Position numbers and translations under genes: made by a program. From Sphingomonas sp. (GTDB lineage Bacteria > Pseudomonadota > Alphaproteobacteria > Sphingomonadales > Sphingomonadaceae), in the NCBI RefSeq assembly GCF_035317925.1, contig NZ_DATHFV010000127.1, positions 8,412-72,411 on the forward strand: a stretch of DNA of 64,000 nucleotides. The letters run 5' to 3'. Shown here one piece after another: positions 1 to 10,226 of the stretch. Each line of letters starts with the position of its first letter. Position 1 is the first letter of the stretch. Below the pieces are notes generated by a model. That model did not search any database and was not told where the DNA came from. It worked only from the letters and a program-made list of their open reading frames with translations.

Positions 1-1
1 A

Positions 2-388
2 TCGCATAAGCTCGGGCGGATCGAGCATGTGCTCACGGGCGATCAGGCGGGGGCGGATCAGGATCGCGTCGATGAGATCCTCAAGCGCCTCGAACTGGTG
101 CATGTCGAAATGGAGCCCGGCGACGTGCTCTACTTCCACGCCAACATGCTGCATCGTTCGGATCAGAACCGGTCCGACAATCCGCGTTGGTCGATGATCT
201 GCTGTTACAATGCGCGATCGAACGACCCGTACAAGGAATCCCACCACCCCCGCTACACGCCGCTTGATATCGTGCCGGACAGCGCGATCCGGGATGCGGG
301 CGAGCGCCGCTTTTCGGGCGCCATCGATGATGCGGCCTGGCTCGACGATGGCGCGGATCAGAGCGCGCGGATACTCGCGGCGCGCTGA
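2..388 (+). CDS. Phytanoyl-CoA dioxygenase (PhyH) family Fe(II)/2-oxoglutarate dioxygenase, 5'-truncated by window
   Basis: Frame is open from base 2 (SHKLGRIEHVLTGDQ). C-terminal motif MEPGDVLYFHANMLHRSDQNRSDNPRW has the distal His and the 2OG-binding Arg. Confidence 0.85.
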   Translation, partial: SHKLGRIEHVLTGDQAGADQDRVDEILKRLELVHVEMEPGDVLYFHANMLHRSDQNRSDNPRWSMICCYNARSNDPYKESHHPRYTPLDIVPDSAIRDAGERRFSGAIDDAAWLDDGADQSARILAAR

Positions 389-1245
389 TGCGGGGGGGCC
401 TTTCCCGCTTCGCGAGCTACATGCACTGGCTCGCACTCGACGGCCTCGTCGAGCCGGCTGGAGGATGGATCCGGGCGATCCGCGACGCCGGCTATGATGG
501 CGTTCAGTTCATCGAGCCGCTCGATCCGACGCTCGTCGAAGCGGCGCTTGCGGCCGGATTGCGCGTGTGCGGAAGCGGGCGGGTCAATGCGGTCGAGGAT
601 GCGGAGCGGCTCGCTGGCGAAGCGTGGCGTCATGGGCTGGAATGCCTGACGCTCCATGTCGGCTGGGGCATTGAGGACGACGACGAAGCCGCGCGCCTGC
701 TCGGCGCCATACTCGACGCCTCGATCCGGCACGACGTTCCGCTGTTCGTCGAGACGCATCGGGCGACGCTCTTTCAGGATATCTGGCGCAGCGTCGGCTT
801 CGTTCAGCGCTTTCCCGATCTGCGGTTCAACGCGGATTTCTCCCATTGGTATACCGGGCTCGAATTCGTCTACGGCGGCCTCGACCGGAAGCTCGCCTTC
901 ATCGCGCCGATCGTGGATCGCGTTGAATTCATGCATGGCCGGATCGGCGATCCCGGGTGCATGCAGGTCGACATAGGGCCGGTCGAGACGGCGCAGGAGC
1001 TGCCGTTCGTGCAGCATTTCCGCACCATGTGCAGTGCCGTCTTCCACAGCTACCACCGACGCCACGGCGCCGATGCCACGTTCCGCTTCGCGCCGGAGTT
1101 GCTGGCGCCGGCGATCTATTACGGGCGGACGCTGGGCGGACGCGAACTGTCGGATCGCTGGTCGCAGTCGATGGTGCTGACGCGTCTTGCTCGCGACTGG
1201 TTTGAAGCCAATGCTGTCGGAGAGCGACAGCACGCATTCGCGTAG
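388..1245 (+). CDS. Xylose-isomerase-like TIM-barrel protein (sugar phosphate isomerase/epimerase family)
   Basis: AGYDGVQ, VETHRAT, ADFSHW and MHGRIG metal-site-like motifs; TGATG stop/start overlap with the upstream gene. Confidence 0.75.
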   Translation: MRGGLSRFASYMHWLALDGLVEPAGGWIRAIRDAGYDGVQFIEPLDPTLVEAALAAGLRVCGSGRVNAVEDAERLAGEAWRHGLECLTLHVGWGIEDDDEAARLLGAILDASIRHDVPLFVETHRATLFQDIWRSVGFVQRFPDLRFNADFSHWYTGLEFVYGGLDRKLAFIAPIVDRVEFMHGRIGDPGCMQVDIGPVETAQELPFVQHFRTMCSAVFHSYHRRHGADATFRFAPELLAPAIYYGRTLGGRELSDRWSQSMVLTRLARDWFEANAVGERQHAFA

Positions 1246-1336
1246 CAACGGACCGATCTTATTTAGTCGACCATCGGCCGGAAGGTCGGGACGAACGCTG
1301 CCGACAAGCGCGGCGGAGCAGAAGGAAGAGGCAGGG

Positions 1337-4210
1337 ATGGGCAGGGCCTGGATTGCGGGGCTTTTGATCGGCAGCGCGGTTTCGTCCGTGCAGGCCGCGG
1401 CGCTTCACGGCGCTTATCAGAAGATCGACTCCGGCATCGTGGTGACGCCGGCGGACGGTCCGACGTCCCGGATCGAACTGACCGTCCACGCCGACGGCAT
1501 CATCCACGTCATCGCGACGCCAAAGCTGCCTGCCGGAAACATCCTCACGCCGAGCCTGATGGCGCCGCAGCCGCCGCGAGCCCGCGCATTTTCGGTCATT
1601 GAGGCACGGGGGCATGTGGAGCTTCGCGCGCAACGCGCGACCGCCGACGTCGATCTCGAGACCGGGCGGGTGCGCTTCCTCGATCCGGATGGGCATGTTC
1701 TGCTCGCGGAGGCGGGGCAACCGACCTTCCGGAAAGCAAGCGCGGACGGCAAGCCGTTCGTCAGCGTCTCGCAGCAATTCAACCGGGGCACGGACGAGGG
1801 GCTCTACGGCCTCGGCCAGCACCAGAACATGCAGATGGACTATAATGGCGAGGACGTGGAACTCGCCCAGCACAATATGGACATCGCGGTTCCGTTCCTC
1901 GTCTCGACGAAGGGCTATGGCCTGCTCTGGGACAATGACGGGATCAGCCGGTTCGGCAATCCCAGGCCCTACGACTTGGTGGGCGAGGGGCTGAAGGTCA
2001 CGTCGCAAGGCCGGCCGGGCTTCACCGCGCAATATTTTCTCGACGGGAAGCCCGTCGTCACCCGGCAAGAAACGACGATCGACTATCAGTTCATCAAGGA
2101 CAAGGGGACGTGGCCCGCAGCCGCCAATGCCAGCACCGTCGCGGCGGTCGGCGGACAGAATACGGCGGGCAACGCCGTCCAGAAGCAGACGGTGGTGTGG
2201 ACCGGCGAAATGACGCCGACGGTCTCGGGCGTCCACAAGTTCCAGCTCTACGCATCGAGCTATTACAAGGTCTATGTCGACGGCCGGCTGGTGCTCGATC
2301 GCTGGCGGCAGAACTGGAATCCCTGGTTCGCCAATTTTGAGCTGCCGCTGACGGCCGGCAAGCCCGCCGCGATCCGCATCGAGTGGCAGCCCAACGCCGG
2401 CTACATCGCCTTCTTCCACAGCGACCCTCTGTCCCCGCCCGATCGCCATTCGGTGTGGTTCACGAGCGATGTCGCGCAGGCGAAGAATTACTGGTTCGTG
2501 CCCGGCGGCAGCATCGATGCGGTCGTCGCTGGCTATCGACAGCTCACCGGCAAGTCCGAGATGATGCCCAAATGGGCCTATGGCTTCTGGCAGTCGCGCC
2601 AGCGCTACGAAACCGCCGACGACGTAACCGGCGTCGTCGACACCTATCGCAAGCTCGGAATTCCGCTCGACAATGTCGTGCTCGACTGGCGCTACTGGCG
2701 CGACGACAGCTGGGGCAGCCATCGCTTCGACCCCACACGCTTCCCCGATCCTCAGGGGATGATGGCGAAGATCCACGCCGCCGGCGCGCATTTCATGATC
2801 TCGGTCTGGCCGAAATTCTATCCGACGACCGACACCTACCAGGAGTTCGCGGCGAAGGGCCTCGTCTATCAGGGCAATTTGCGCATGGGGAACAAGGACT
2901 GGGTCGGCCCCGGTTACACCAGCACCGATTACGATCCCTATGCACCGGAAGGACGGCGCATCTTCTGGCGGCAGGTCGAGGAGCGGTTGGCGAAGCTCGG
3001 CGTGGACGCCTGGTGGGCCGACGCGAGCGAGCCCGACATGCATTCCAACATTTCGATCGCGGACCGGACCGCGATCATGGGTCCGACGGCGATGGGGCCG
3101 GCGGCGCAGTTCTTCAACAGCTTCCCGCTGATGCATGCGCGATCCTTCTTCGACGGCTGGACGGCGTTCAAGCCCGACGTCCGCCCCTTCATCCTCACCC
3201 GTTCGGGCTTCGGCGGCCTGCAGCGCTATGGCGCGGCGATCTGGTCGGGCGACGTCGCCAGCCGCTGGTACGATCTCCGGGCGCAGATATCGGCGGGCGT
3301 GAACGTCTCGATCTCGGGACTGCCCAACTGGACGCACGACATCGGCGGGTTTGCGCTGGAGGACCGCTATTCGGCCAAGGCTCCCAGGCCGGAAGACCTC
3401 GACGAATGGCGCGAGCTCAACCTGCGCTGGTTCCAGTTCGGAGCCTTCAGCCCGCTGTTCCGCAGCCACGGTGAATATCCGTATCGCGAGATTTACGAGA
3501 TCAGCCCGGAAGGCTCGCCGATGCGGGCCTCAATGATCGGGTACGACCGGCTGCGTTATCGGCTGATGCCGTACATCTACACGCTGGGCGCGGACACATA
3601 CGTGCACGATGGCAGCATCATGCGCGGCCTGGTCGCGGACTTTCCCGACGATCGGACGGCGCGCAAGTTGAACGACGAATATCTGTTCGGCGACGCCTTT
3701 CTCGTGGCGCCCGTCACCGCGTACAAGGCGCGCACCCGGCAGGTCTATTTCCCCGGCACCGGCCTCTGGTACGATTTCGCGAGTGGCCGCACCTATCGCG
3801 GCGGCGAGACCGCCCAGGTCGATGCGCCCCTCGAGCGGATGCCGCTGTTCGTCCGCGCCGGTGCCATCGTGCCGATGGGGCCGGCGATGCAGCATGTCGA
3901 TCAGGTGCGGGACGCGCCGCTCACAATCACGGTCTACACCGGCGCCGACGGCCGCTTCTCGCTCTACGAAGATGACGGGACGAGCGAACAGTACAAGTCC
4001 GGCGCCTTCAGCCGCTTGCCGATCGCCTATGATGACCGAAGCCGCACCGTCACGTTGGGTGCGCGCGAGGGCAGGGCCTGGCAGGGCATGCCCACCAGCC
4101 GCATCGTCCGGGTGCGGTGGGTGAGCCCCGGAAAGTCTGTGACCGACGACAACGGCTATGACGCCGAGGTGACCTATACCGGCGCGCCGCTGACGATCAC
4201 GAGGAAGTGA
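1337..4210 (+). CDS. GH31 glycoside hydrolase with PA14 insert, alpha-xylosidase-like, secreted
   Basis: Signal peptide after ATG 1337 (AAGGAAGAGG upstream). GLYGLGQHQ, PKWAYGFWQSRQRY, nucleophile region WWADASEPD, acid/base WSGDV, WTHDIGGF and FRSHG. Confidence 0.9.
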   Translation: MGRAWIAGLLIGSAVSSVQAAALHGAYQKIDSGIVVTPADGPTSRIELTVHADGIIHVIATPKLPAGNILTPSLMAPQPPRARAFSVIEARGHVELRAQRATADVDLETGRVRFLDPDGHVLLAEAGQPTFRKASADGKPFVSVSQQFNRGTDEGLYGLGQHQNMQMDYNGEDVELAQHNMDIAVPFLVSTKGYGLLWDNDGISRFGNPRPYDLVGEGLKVTSQGRPGFTAQYFLDGKPVVTRQETTIDYQFIKDKGTWPAAANASTVAAVGGQNTAGNAVQKQTVVWTGEMTPTVSGVHKFQLYASSYYKVYVDGRLVLDRWRQNWNPWFANFELPLTAGKPAAIRIEWQPNAGYIAFFHSDPLSPPDRHSVWFTSDVAQAKNYWFVPGGSIDAVVAGYRQLTGKSEMMPKWAYGFWQSRQRYETADDVTGVVDTYRKLGIPLDNVVLDWRYWRDDSWGSHRFDPTRFPDPQGMMAKIHAAGAHFMISVWPKFYPTTDTYQEFAAKGLVYQGNLRMGNKDWVGPGYTSTDYDPYAPEGRRIFWRQVEERLAKLGVDAWWADASEPDMHSNISIADRTAIMGPTAMGPAAQFFNSFPLMHARSFFDGWTAFKPDVRPFILTRSGFGGLQRYGAAIWSGDVASRWYDLRAQISAGVNVSISGLPNWTHDIGGFALEDRYSAKAPRPEDLDEWRELNLRWFQFGAFSPLFRSHGEYPYREIYEISPEGSPMRASMIGYDRLRYRLMPYIYTLGADTYVHDGSIMRGLVADFPDDRTARKLNDEYLFGDAFLVAPVTAYKARTRQVYFPGTGLWYDFASGRTYRGGETAQVDAPLERMPLFVRAGAIVPMGPAMQHVDQVRDAPLTITVYTGADGRFSLYEDDGTSEQYKSGAFSRLPIAYDDRSRTVTLGAREGRAWQGMPTSRIVRVRWVSPGKSVTDDNGYDAEVTYTGAPLTITRK

Positions 4211-4241
4211 GCCGGCCGCCGATCCAGTAAGATGGTTTCGA

Positions 4242-6332
4242 TCAGGAGCCGCGAGGAGCCGGCGAAAGCGTGAGCCGGGTTCGACCCGTCGCTTCCAGCG
4301 GCACATAGACGATCAGGGAGCTGCCCTCGAGCCGCTGTACCTGCCCAATCTGCACGTCCGCGTGGATCGCTCCGCTGTCGTTGCTCAGCATGGTGCTGAC
4401 TTCGCCCTGCCATCCGTTGATCACGAACGCCGGGTTGACCAACGGATGCTGAACATCCGCGTTGAGTTCGATCTCGATCGGTCCCGACGCCGTCAGACCT
4501 TCGATCACATAGGCGCGTTGGGTCTGGTCGTAGCGAATGGTGCCGCCGGCGCCGCGCAACGATGCCGGCGCCGGTGTGAGCCACGATCGTGCGCGCGGCG
4601 CGAGGCTGGCGGCCGAGCCGGTGGTCAGCCCGGTCATCAGCACGCGGCTGATCGTCTGGTCGGTCTTCTCCCAGATCGGCCAGGCGATGTGGGAAATCGA
4701 CGTGTGGCTCGGGCGGTCGGAGGTCAGCGCCGGGCGGCCGCTCGATCTTATCTGCGCGACCGGCCAGTGATTCCACCATTCGAACGACGACATCGAAGGC
4801 TCCCAATTGATGCCCTCGAACTTGGCGGGACCGCTGCTCGCCACCTGGAACGGTTTCCAGTCCGACTGCAGGTTGACCCATTGGATCATGGGATCGTCGA
4901 GACCGGTAAAATGGTCCGCGCCGCGCGGCTTGGCGAAGTCGGTCGCGGTCCGCTGCGGCCAGGTAAAGCTCTTCGCTTCGCCCTTGAGATTGGCCAGGCT
5001 GAGTGCGTCGAGGTTCAGATTGTCTTCAGGCGTCTGGCCGGCCGGAATGATGATGATCGATTCCTGGAATTCACTCGCCTCGCGCCCGGGATTGTCGGTC
5101 CACAGCACCTGCCGGCGGACCGCGCCGCCATCGGGATAGATCGTCCAATATTCATCCGCCCACGCGCCCCAGGCCGATGGATCGGGCGCATCGGCCAGCC
5201 GGGCATTCTCGACCTCCGACAGGGCATAGCGCCAGTGGACGACAGCGCGGGCAGGCGTGCTTTCGAGGATTTCGACGTGCGAATAGCGGACCTGCTTGTC
5301 CGACATCGGCTCGCAATCCTCGCCGTCCGGACAGCGGGGTTTGCCGTAAATCTCCATGAACTCGTCGCTGTACCAGCGCCCATTCTCGGTCACCCAGGCC
5401 GGGATGTAATTGGCGCCCTGCCAGAAGATGAGCTGGATCGGCGCCTGCGGGAAACGCACGACGACATCGGCATCCGGCCCAACCCGGCGCGGCGCATCCC
5501 AGCTCGCGTCATAGGAAAGCGTGGTCTTGAACGCGCCGAACGGGCCGGCACCCCCCTGCCAGCGGGGCAGCGGCGGTGCCGGCGCCGGGGCCAACTGCGC
5601 GGGCTTGATGCCCGCCATCAGCCGCCGCGTTTCGGCGGCGGACAATGCCTGATCGTACACCGCGAGGTCGCCGATCGACCCTTCGAGCGAAAAATAGACG
5701 GGAAGGATCGGGTGGATCGCGTTCGAGGGGAAGGGGAGCGCGGGCGAGCGCAGGCGGCCGATCAGCAAAGGCGTGACCGCGCCGCTCGCCTGCTCCAGAG
5801 CGGGATCGGCGGCGCCGGCATGCGCGGGGACGCCATTGATGCCCAGCGTCATCGCGCCGTTCCGATAGGACAAAGTCACTAGCGCCCAGGCACGTGCGTC
5901 CACTCGTTCCTGGGATATGATCCGGCCGGCCTTGGTGCCCGTGGTCGCGCGCTGCGCGATCAGGTGGCCCCACGGATCGACCCCGAAGAAGATCGATCCT
6001 TCCGGCGTCTTTTGATCGAGGATCGGCGCGTCGTTCCACGGCAAGGCGTCAAGCCGCAACCAGGCCGATATCGCCCACGCGCCACCGTCCAGCAGGCGCG
6101 GTATCGCCTTGCCCGACAGCGAGGTCGTATCGCCGTCGAGCCTGATCGCCGGTCCTCGCGGGCCTTCGCTGGCGACGAACGATCCGGCGGGGGCGATGCG
6201 ATCGCCTGAAACTGTTTCGACGACCTGCTTCGCGGCAGGATCGAATGCGAAACGCGCCAGCGTGGCCGGCGCCGCATGAGCCGAGGAAGCAAGCAAGGCA
6301 ACGGCCAGCGCGAAGCGTGAAGTGGGGAACAT
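4242..6332 (-). CDS. Secreted LamG/concanavalin-A-like domain protein with an uncharacterised C-terminal domain
   Basis: Likely start MFPTSRFALAVALLASSAHA (signal peptide). LamG-like WAISAWLR...WALVTLSY...GSIGDLAVYDQALS. The ORF-track extension to 7274 overlaps the lactonase gene. Confidence 0.75.
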   Translation of the reverse strand: MFPTSRFALAVALLASSAHAAPATLARFAFDPAAKQVVETVSGDRIAPAGSFVASEGPRGPAIRLDGDTTSLSGKAIPRLLDGGAWAISAWLRLDALPWNDAPILDQKTPEGSIFFGVDPWGHLIAQRATTGTKAGRIISQERVDARAWALVTLSYRNGAMTLGINGVPAHAGAADPALEQASGAVTPLLIGRLRSPALPFPSNAIHPILPVYFSLEGSIGDLAVYDQALSAAETRRLMAGIKPAQLAPAPAPPLPRWQGGAGPFGAFKTTLSYDASWDAPRRVGPDADVVVRFPQAPIQLIFWQGANYIPAWVTENGRWYSDEFMEIYGKPRCPDGEDCEPMSDKQVRYSHVEILESTPARAVVHWRYALSEVENARLADAPDPSAWGAWADEYWTIYPDGGAVRRQVLWTDNPGREASEFQESIIIIPAGQTPEDNLNLDALSLANLKGEAKSFTWPQRTATDFAKPRGADHFTGLDDPMIQWVNLQSDWKPFQVASSGPAKFEGINWEPSMSSFEWWNHWPVAQIRSSGRPALTSDRPSHTSISHIAWPIWEKTDQTISRVLMTGLTTGSAASLAPRARSWLTPAPASLRGAGGTIRYDQTQRAYVIEGLTASGPIEIELNADVQHPLVNPAFVINGWQGEVSTMLSNDSGAIHADVQIGQVQRLEGSSLIVYVPLEATGRTRLTLSPAPRGS

Positions 6333-6352
6333 GATTTCGTGGCTCCGTGCGA

Positions 6353-7231
6353 TCAACCGAAGAGATAAGCGGGCCGGCCCGCAACATCGGTTTCGATGGC
6401 GAAAATCGCGCCTTCGTCGAGACCATGCTTGCGATCCTCCGGCAGCCCGAACCGGGCCGACGTGACGAACAAAGTCCGCCATTCGGGCCCACCGAAGGTG
6501 CAGCTTGTCGGGGCGGCGCAGGGCAGGTCGATCACCTGCGCCACCGATCCGTCCGGCGCGAAGCGCACGATGCAGCCTCCGCCGACGCGCGCGTTCCAGA
6601 GATAGCCTTCCGCATCGAGCGCCGACCCGTCGGGCAAGCCGCGCGCATGCGTTGCGAACAAGCGGCGATTGGACAGGCGGCCATCGGCATAGTCGAACGC
6701 GTATAGTGTATTGGCGAGCGTGTCGGCGCACAGAAAGCGGCCCTGATCGTCCCATGCCATCGTATTGCAGATACCGAAGTCGCGCGGCGTGATCTGGTCC
6801 ACATTCCCGTCGGCCGAGATGCGGTAGAAAGCGCCGGAATTGCGGTTCATCGGCTTGGGGCTTCCGTCGCGGGCGATATTGTCCTGCATCGTGCCGACCC
6901 AGAAGGCACCGTCGGGTCCGACGCAGCCTTCGTTCAACCGGTTGTCGGGCAGGGCCGGCTCGACCGCCGCGAGCCGTTCGAAATTGTCTTCGAAGTCCCA
7001 CAGCGCGACGTCGCTGCGCTGGCCGACGATCGCATGTCCGGTCCTGCACAGCCCGATCGAGGTGACGAGGTCGGCGGTGCGCCAAACGCGGTGTTCGCCG
7101 GTAGCCGGGTTCAATGTCTGGATACGCCGCCCGACGATATCCACCCACAGCAGTTCCTGCCGGGCCGCATTCCATACCGCGCTCTCGCCCACGATATCGC
7201 CGCCGGCCAGCAGCCGTTTCGGTTTGTTCAC
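6353..7231 (-). CDS. SMP-30/gluconolactonase family sugar lactonase
   Basis: GESAVW, LLWVDI, NRLNEG, ICNTMAW and GLPDGSALDAEGYLW motifs. GTG 7231 preferred because 7294 lies across the operator region. Confidence 0.88.
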   Translation of the reverse strand: MNKPKRLLAGGDIVGESAVWNAARQELLWVDIVGRRIQTLNPATGEHRVWRTADLVTSIGLCRTGHAIVGQRSDVALWDFEDNFERLAAVEPALPDNRLNEGCVGPDGAFWVGTMQDNIARDGSPKPMNRNSGAFYRISADGNVDQITPRDFGICNTMAWDDQGRFLCADTLANTLYAFDYADGRLSNRRLFATHARGLPDGSALDAEGYLWNARVGGGCIVRFAPDGSVAQVIDLPCAAPTSCTFGGPEWRTLFVTSARFGLPEDRKHGLDEGAIFAIETDVAGRPAYLFG

Positions 7232-7273
7232 GCACGCCGTCCCGGTTGTAATCGCCCTCGACAAGATTAGGCA

Positions 7274-7286
7274 CCTATCATACAGG
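7274..7286. promoter_or_regulatory. Candidate operator CCTATCATACAGG in the divergent lactonase/dehydratase promoter
   Basis: Imperfect palindrome with related copies at 9330, 10127 and 11909. Confidence 0.6.
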
Positions 7287-7324
7287 ATTGTCAATCAGAT
7301 CGCATAGGCATTTGAGGGGATGAC

Positions 7325-8533
7325 GTGAAACTGCGGGGCCTCGAAACGATCCGCGTGGAGGAGCATCCCAATATATTGTGGGTGCGCCTGCACGATGAGG
7401 AAGGGCTCGTCGGGCTCGGCGAAACCTTCTTCATGCCGGCGGCGGTCGAGGCTTATCTCCACGAAGTCGTCGCCCCGAAACTGATCGGCCGCGATCCGCT
7501 TGCGATCGACGCGCTATCGCGCGATCTGGTCAACTATCTCGGCTCGCGCTCGTCGGGCGTGGAAACCCGCGGCAATTCGGCGGTCGATATCGCGCTGTGG
7601 GATCTGTTCGGCAAAGCCATGCAGCAGCCGATCGCGCAGTTGCTCGGCGGGTTCACGCGCCGCACGATCCGCACCTACAACACCTGCGCCGGCCCGCTCT
7701 ACATCCGCGAAGCGGGCGGCCAGCGCAGCGCCAATTGGGGTCTGCCCGCGCAAGGGGGGGCGCTCGACGATCTGCATGCTTTCCTGAACCGGCCGGCCGA
7801 ACTGGCGCGCGAACTGCTCGACGAGGGCATCACCGCGATGAAGATCTGGCCGTTCGACCGCGCGGCGGAAGCCAGCCACGGCCAGCATATCGACGGCGCG
7901 TCGTTGCGCGAGGCGCTGGCGATCTTCGAGAAGATCAGGGTCGAAGCCGGCGACGCGATGGACATCATGGTCGAGTTTCACTCGCTGTGGCGGCTGACGC
8001 CCGCGATCCGCATCGCCCGCGCGCTCGAACCCTATGGGACATATTGGCACGAGGATCCGATCCGGATGGACAGCCTCGCCAGCCTGCGCCGCTATGCGCA
8101 GGCGTCGCCCGCGCCGGTCTGTGCGTCGGAGACGCTCGCCGGCCGTGCGGCCTTCCGCGATCTGCTGGAAACCGACGCGGTCGGCGTGGTCATGCTCGAT
8201 CTGGCCTGGTGCGGCGGCCTGTCCGAAGCACGCAAGATCGCGGCGATGGCGGAGGCGTGGCAATTGTCGGTGGCGCCGCACGATTGCACCGGGCCGGTCG
8301 TCCTGTGCGCGTCGACCCACCTTGGCCTCAACGCGCCCAACGCCCTGATCCAGGAAAGCGTGCGCGCCTTCCATCGTGGCTGGTATCGGGATGCCGTCAC
8401 CGCTTTGCCGCCGATCGAGAATGGCCAGATCGGCGTGCCCGACGGGCCCGGGCTCGGCATGGAGCTGATGCCCGATCTCGACCGTCGCTTCACCGTCAGC
8501 CGGCGAATGAGCGGCAAGGGGTCGCTTGCGTGA
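7325..8533 (+). CDS. Mandelate racemase/muconate lactonising (enolase superfamily) enzyme, probable sugar-acid dehydratase
   Basis: GLGET, SAVDIALWDLFGK, KIWPF, metal-ligand motifs VEFH/HEDP/SET, and APHDCTGP. Confidence 0.88.
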   Translation: MKLRGLETIRVEEHPNILWVRLHDEEGLVGLGETFFMPAAVEAYLHEVVAPKLIGRDPLAIDALSRDLVNYLGSRSSGVETRGNSAVDIALWDLFGKAMQQPIAQLLGGFTRRTIRTYNTCAGPLYIREAGGQRSANWGLPAQGGALDDLHAFLNRPAELARELLDEGITAMKIWPFDRAAEASHGQHIDGASLREALAIFEKIRVEAGDAMDIMVEFHSLWRLTPAIRIARALEPYGTYWHEDPIRMDSLASLRRYAQASPAPVCASETLAGRAAFRDLLETDAVGVVMLDLAWCGGLSEARKIAAMAEAWQLSVAPHDCTGPVVLCASTHLGLNAPNALIQESVRAFHRGWYRDAVTALPPIENGQIGVPDGPGLGMELMPDLDRRFTVSRRMSGKGSLA

Positions 8534-9288
8534 GCGGAGGATTTTCGGGGCGCACGATATTGCTGACCGGCGGGTTGGGCTCGCTGGGGCGCTCGCAGGC
8601 CTCCGCCTTCGTGGCGGCCGGCGCCGATCTGCTGCTGCTCGATCTGCCTGGTCATGAGCGCGCGGCGGAGATCGTCGCCGAAATCGCGGCCGCCGGCAGC
8701 GGGACGGTGCGGCTGATCGAACAGGATCTGTCGCAGCTGGAGGCGGCGCAATCCGTCGTTCGTGCGCTGGCCGACGAGGTCGCCGGCATCGATATCCTGA
8801 TCAACAACGCCGCGCTGATCATAAACCGCCCGTTCGAGCAATTCTCGATCGCCGAATATGAGGAGCAGATGCGCGTGAATGCGGGCGCCGCCTTCGCGCT
8901 GACGCAGGCGGTCGCGCCCGGGATGAAGCGGAAGCAGGCCGGATCGATCGTGAACTTCTGCTCCGTCACGATGTCGGGGGAATGGGACGGCTATGTGCCC
9001 TACGTTGCGTCCAAGGGCGCGATGCTGGGTCTCACCCGTTCGCTGGCGCGCGAGCTGGGACCGCATGGCATCAGGGTGAATGCGATCTCGCCAGGCGCGG
9101 TGGTGTCGGAAGCGGAGGCGCGCGTCTTCGGCGACCGGGCGGCCGAATACCGCGCATGGGTGTTGAAGCGTCAGTGTCTCGCGCGGCGGATCGAGCCCGA
9201 GGATATCGCGTCCGCGGTCCTGTTCCTGGCGGGCGACGGGGCGAGGATGATCAGCGGCCATTTGCTGGAGGTCGACGGCGGCTGGTAG
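8530..9288 (+). CDS. SDR family NAD(P)-dependent oxidoreductase
   Basis: GTG overlaps the upstream TGA. TGGLGSLG, NNAA, YVASKG, IRVNAISPG and VDGGW. Confidence 0.9.
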   Translation: MSGGFSGRTILLTGGLGSLGRSQASAFVAAGADLLLLDLPGHERAAEIVAEIAAAGSGTVRLIEQDLSQLEAAQSVVRALADEVAGIDILINNAALIINRPFEQFSIAEYEEQMRVNAGAAFALTQAVAPGMKRKQAGSIVNFCSVTMSGEWDGYVPYVASKGAMLGLTRSLARELGPHGIRVNAISPGAVVSEAEARVFGDRAAEYRAWVLKRQCLARRIEPEDIASAVLFLAGDGARMISGHLLEVDGGW

Positions 9289-9329
9289 CGTATCCCGCCA
9301 TTGTCATCGGCGCGACGGAGCCGTAGCAT

Positions 9330-9342
9330 CCTGTCCGAAAGG
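9330..9342. promoter_or_regulatory. Candidate operator before the FadR regulator (autoregulation)
   Basis: CCTGTCCGAAAGG; its reverse complement CCTTTCGGACAGG matches CCTATCATACAGG at 10 of 13 positions. Confidence 0.4.
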
Positions 9343-9356
9343 GGCTGGGAAAACAT

Positions 9357-10103
9357 ATGAAACATCAGACCCTCGGGGATAGCGAAACAGGAGCGCCCGC
9401 GCCGGTCAAGGTTGCGGGCGAAAGCATGGTCGGGCGCACCGTCGCCGCCATCATGGAAATCATTCGCAGCGGCGATCTGCGCCCCGGCGACACGCTGCCC
9501 GCCGAGAATAATCTGGCGGCGCGCGTCGGGGTTTCGCGCATCGTCGTGCGTGAGGCGAACCGCTCGCTGGCCGCGCTCGGCATCGTCGAAATCGCGAACG
9601 GACGCGCCCCGCGCGTATCCGTGCCCGACGAGAATGTGGTCGGCATGTTGCTCGAGCATGTCGTCCATACGCGGCACGTGACGATCCAGCAGGTGCTGGA
9701 CGTTCGGCGCGCGATGGAAGTGCGCGCGGCCGCGCTCGCCGCGCTGCGGCGGACCGACGAGGAAGCGCGCCTGCTGATGGAGCATGCCGCGGCGATGCGC
9801 GCCGGTTATGACGATCTGAACGTGATGCGCGAGCACGACGTCGCGATTCATGGCATCGTGGCGGAGGCCGCGCAAAATCCGCTGCTGACGATCATGATCA
9901 AGGCGTTCGCGCCGCTACTGCGCGAAATGTGGCCGGTGGGATGGAAGAGCCGGGCCGAGGAAGGCGAGCGCGATTCCATGCTTCGCTGCCACGAGGCGAT
10001 CGCCGAAGCGATCTTTCAGCAGGACGTGGCCGCCGCGCGTCACGCCATGTCGGCGCATTTCGACGACACGATGCGGGTGCTGATGAACGCCGGGGTGACC
10101 TGA
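9357..10103 (+). CDS. GntR family, FadR subfamily transcriptional regulator
   Basis: wHTH LRPGDTLPAENNLAARVGVSRIVVREA; FCD domain RRAME...DVAIH...NPLL...HEAIAEAI. Confidence 0.92.
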   Translation: MKHQTLGDSETGAPAPVKVAGESMVGRTVAAIMEIIRSGDLRPGDTLPAENNLAARVGVSRIVVREANRSLAALGIVEIANGRAPRVSVPDENVVGMLLEHVVHTRHVTIQQVLDVRRAMEVRAAALAALRRTDEEARLLMEHAAAMRAGYDDLNVMREHDVAIHGIVAEAAQNPLLTIMIKAFAPLLREMWPVGWKSRAEEGERDSMLRCHEAIAEAIFQQDVAAARHAMSAHFDDTMRVLMNAGVT

Positions 10104-10112
10104 TCCCGTATT

Positions 10113-10139
10113 GAGGTTAGGCTTAACCTCTAATACAGG
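10113..10139. promoter_or_regulatory. Composite operator: GAGGTTAGGCTTAACCTC palindrome overlapping CCTCTAATACAGG
   Basis: Both motifs recur at 11879-11921. Confidence 0.55.
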
Positions 10140-10226
10140 TGCTGCCGAGAGGCAGTGCTATGATCGATGAACGAAAGCTCCAATCTCACTGCCTGATGCT
10201 GTTCGAAGCGGCGGGCCGGTAGGCGC

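Noticed and set aside
4242-9288. Long N-terminal extensions on the LamG (to 7274) and SDR (from 7597) ORFs, suggesting frameshift fusions
   Set aside because: They overlap intact neighbouring genes out of frame, and each has a sensible internal start.
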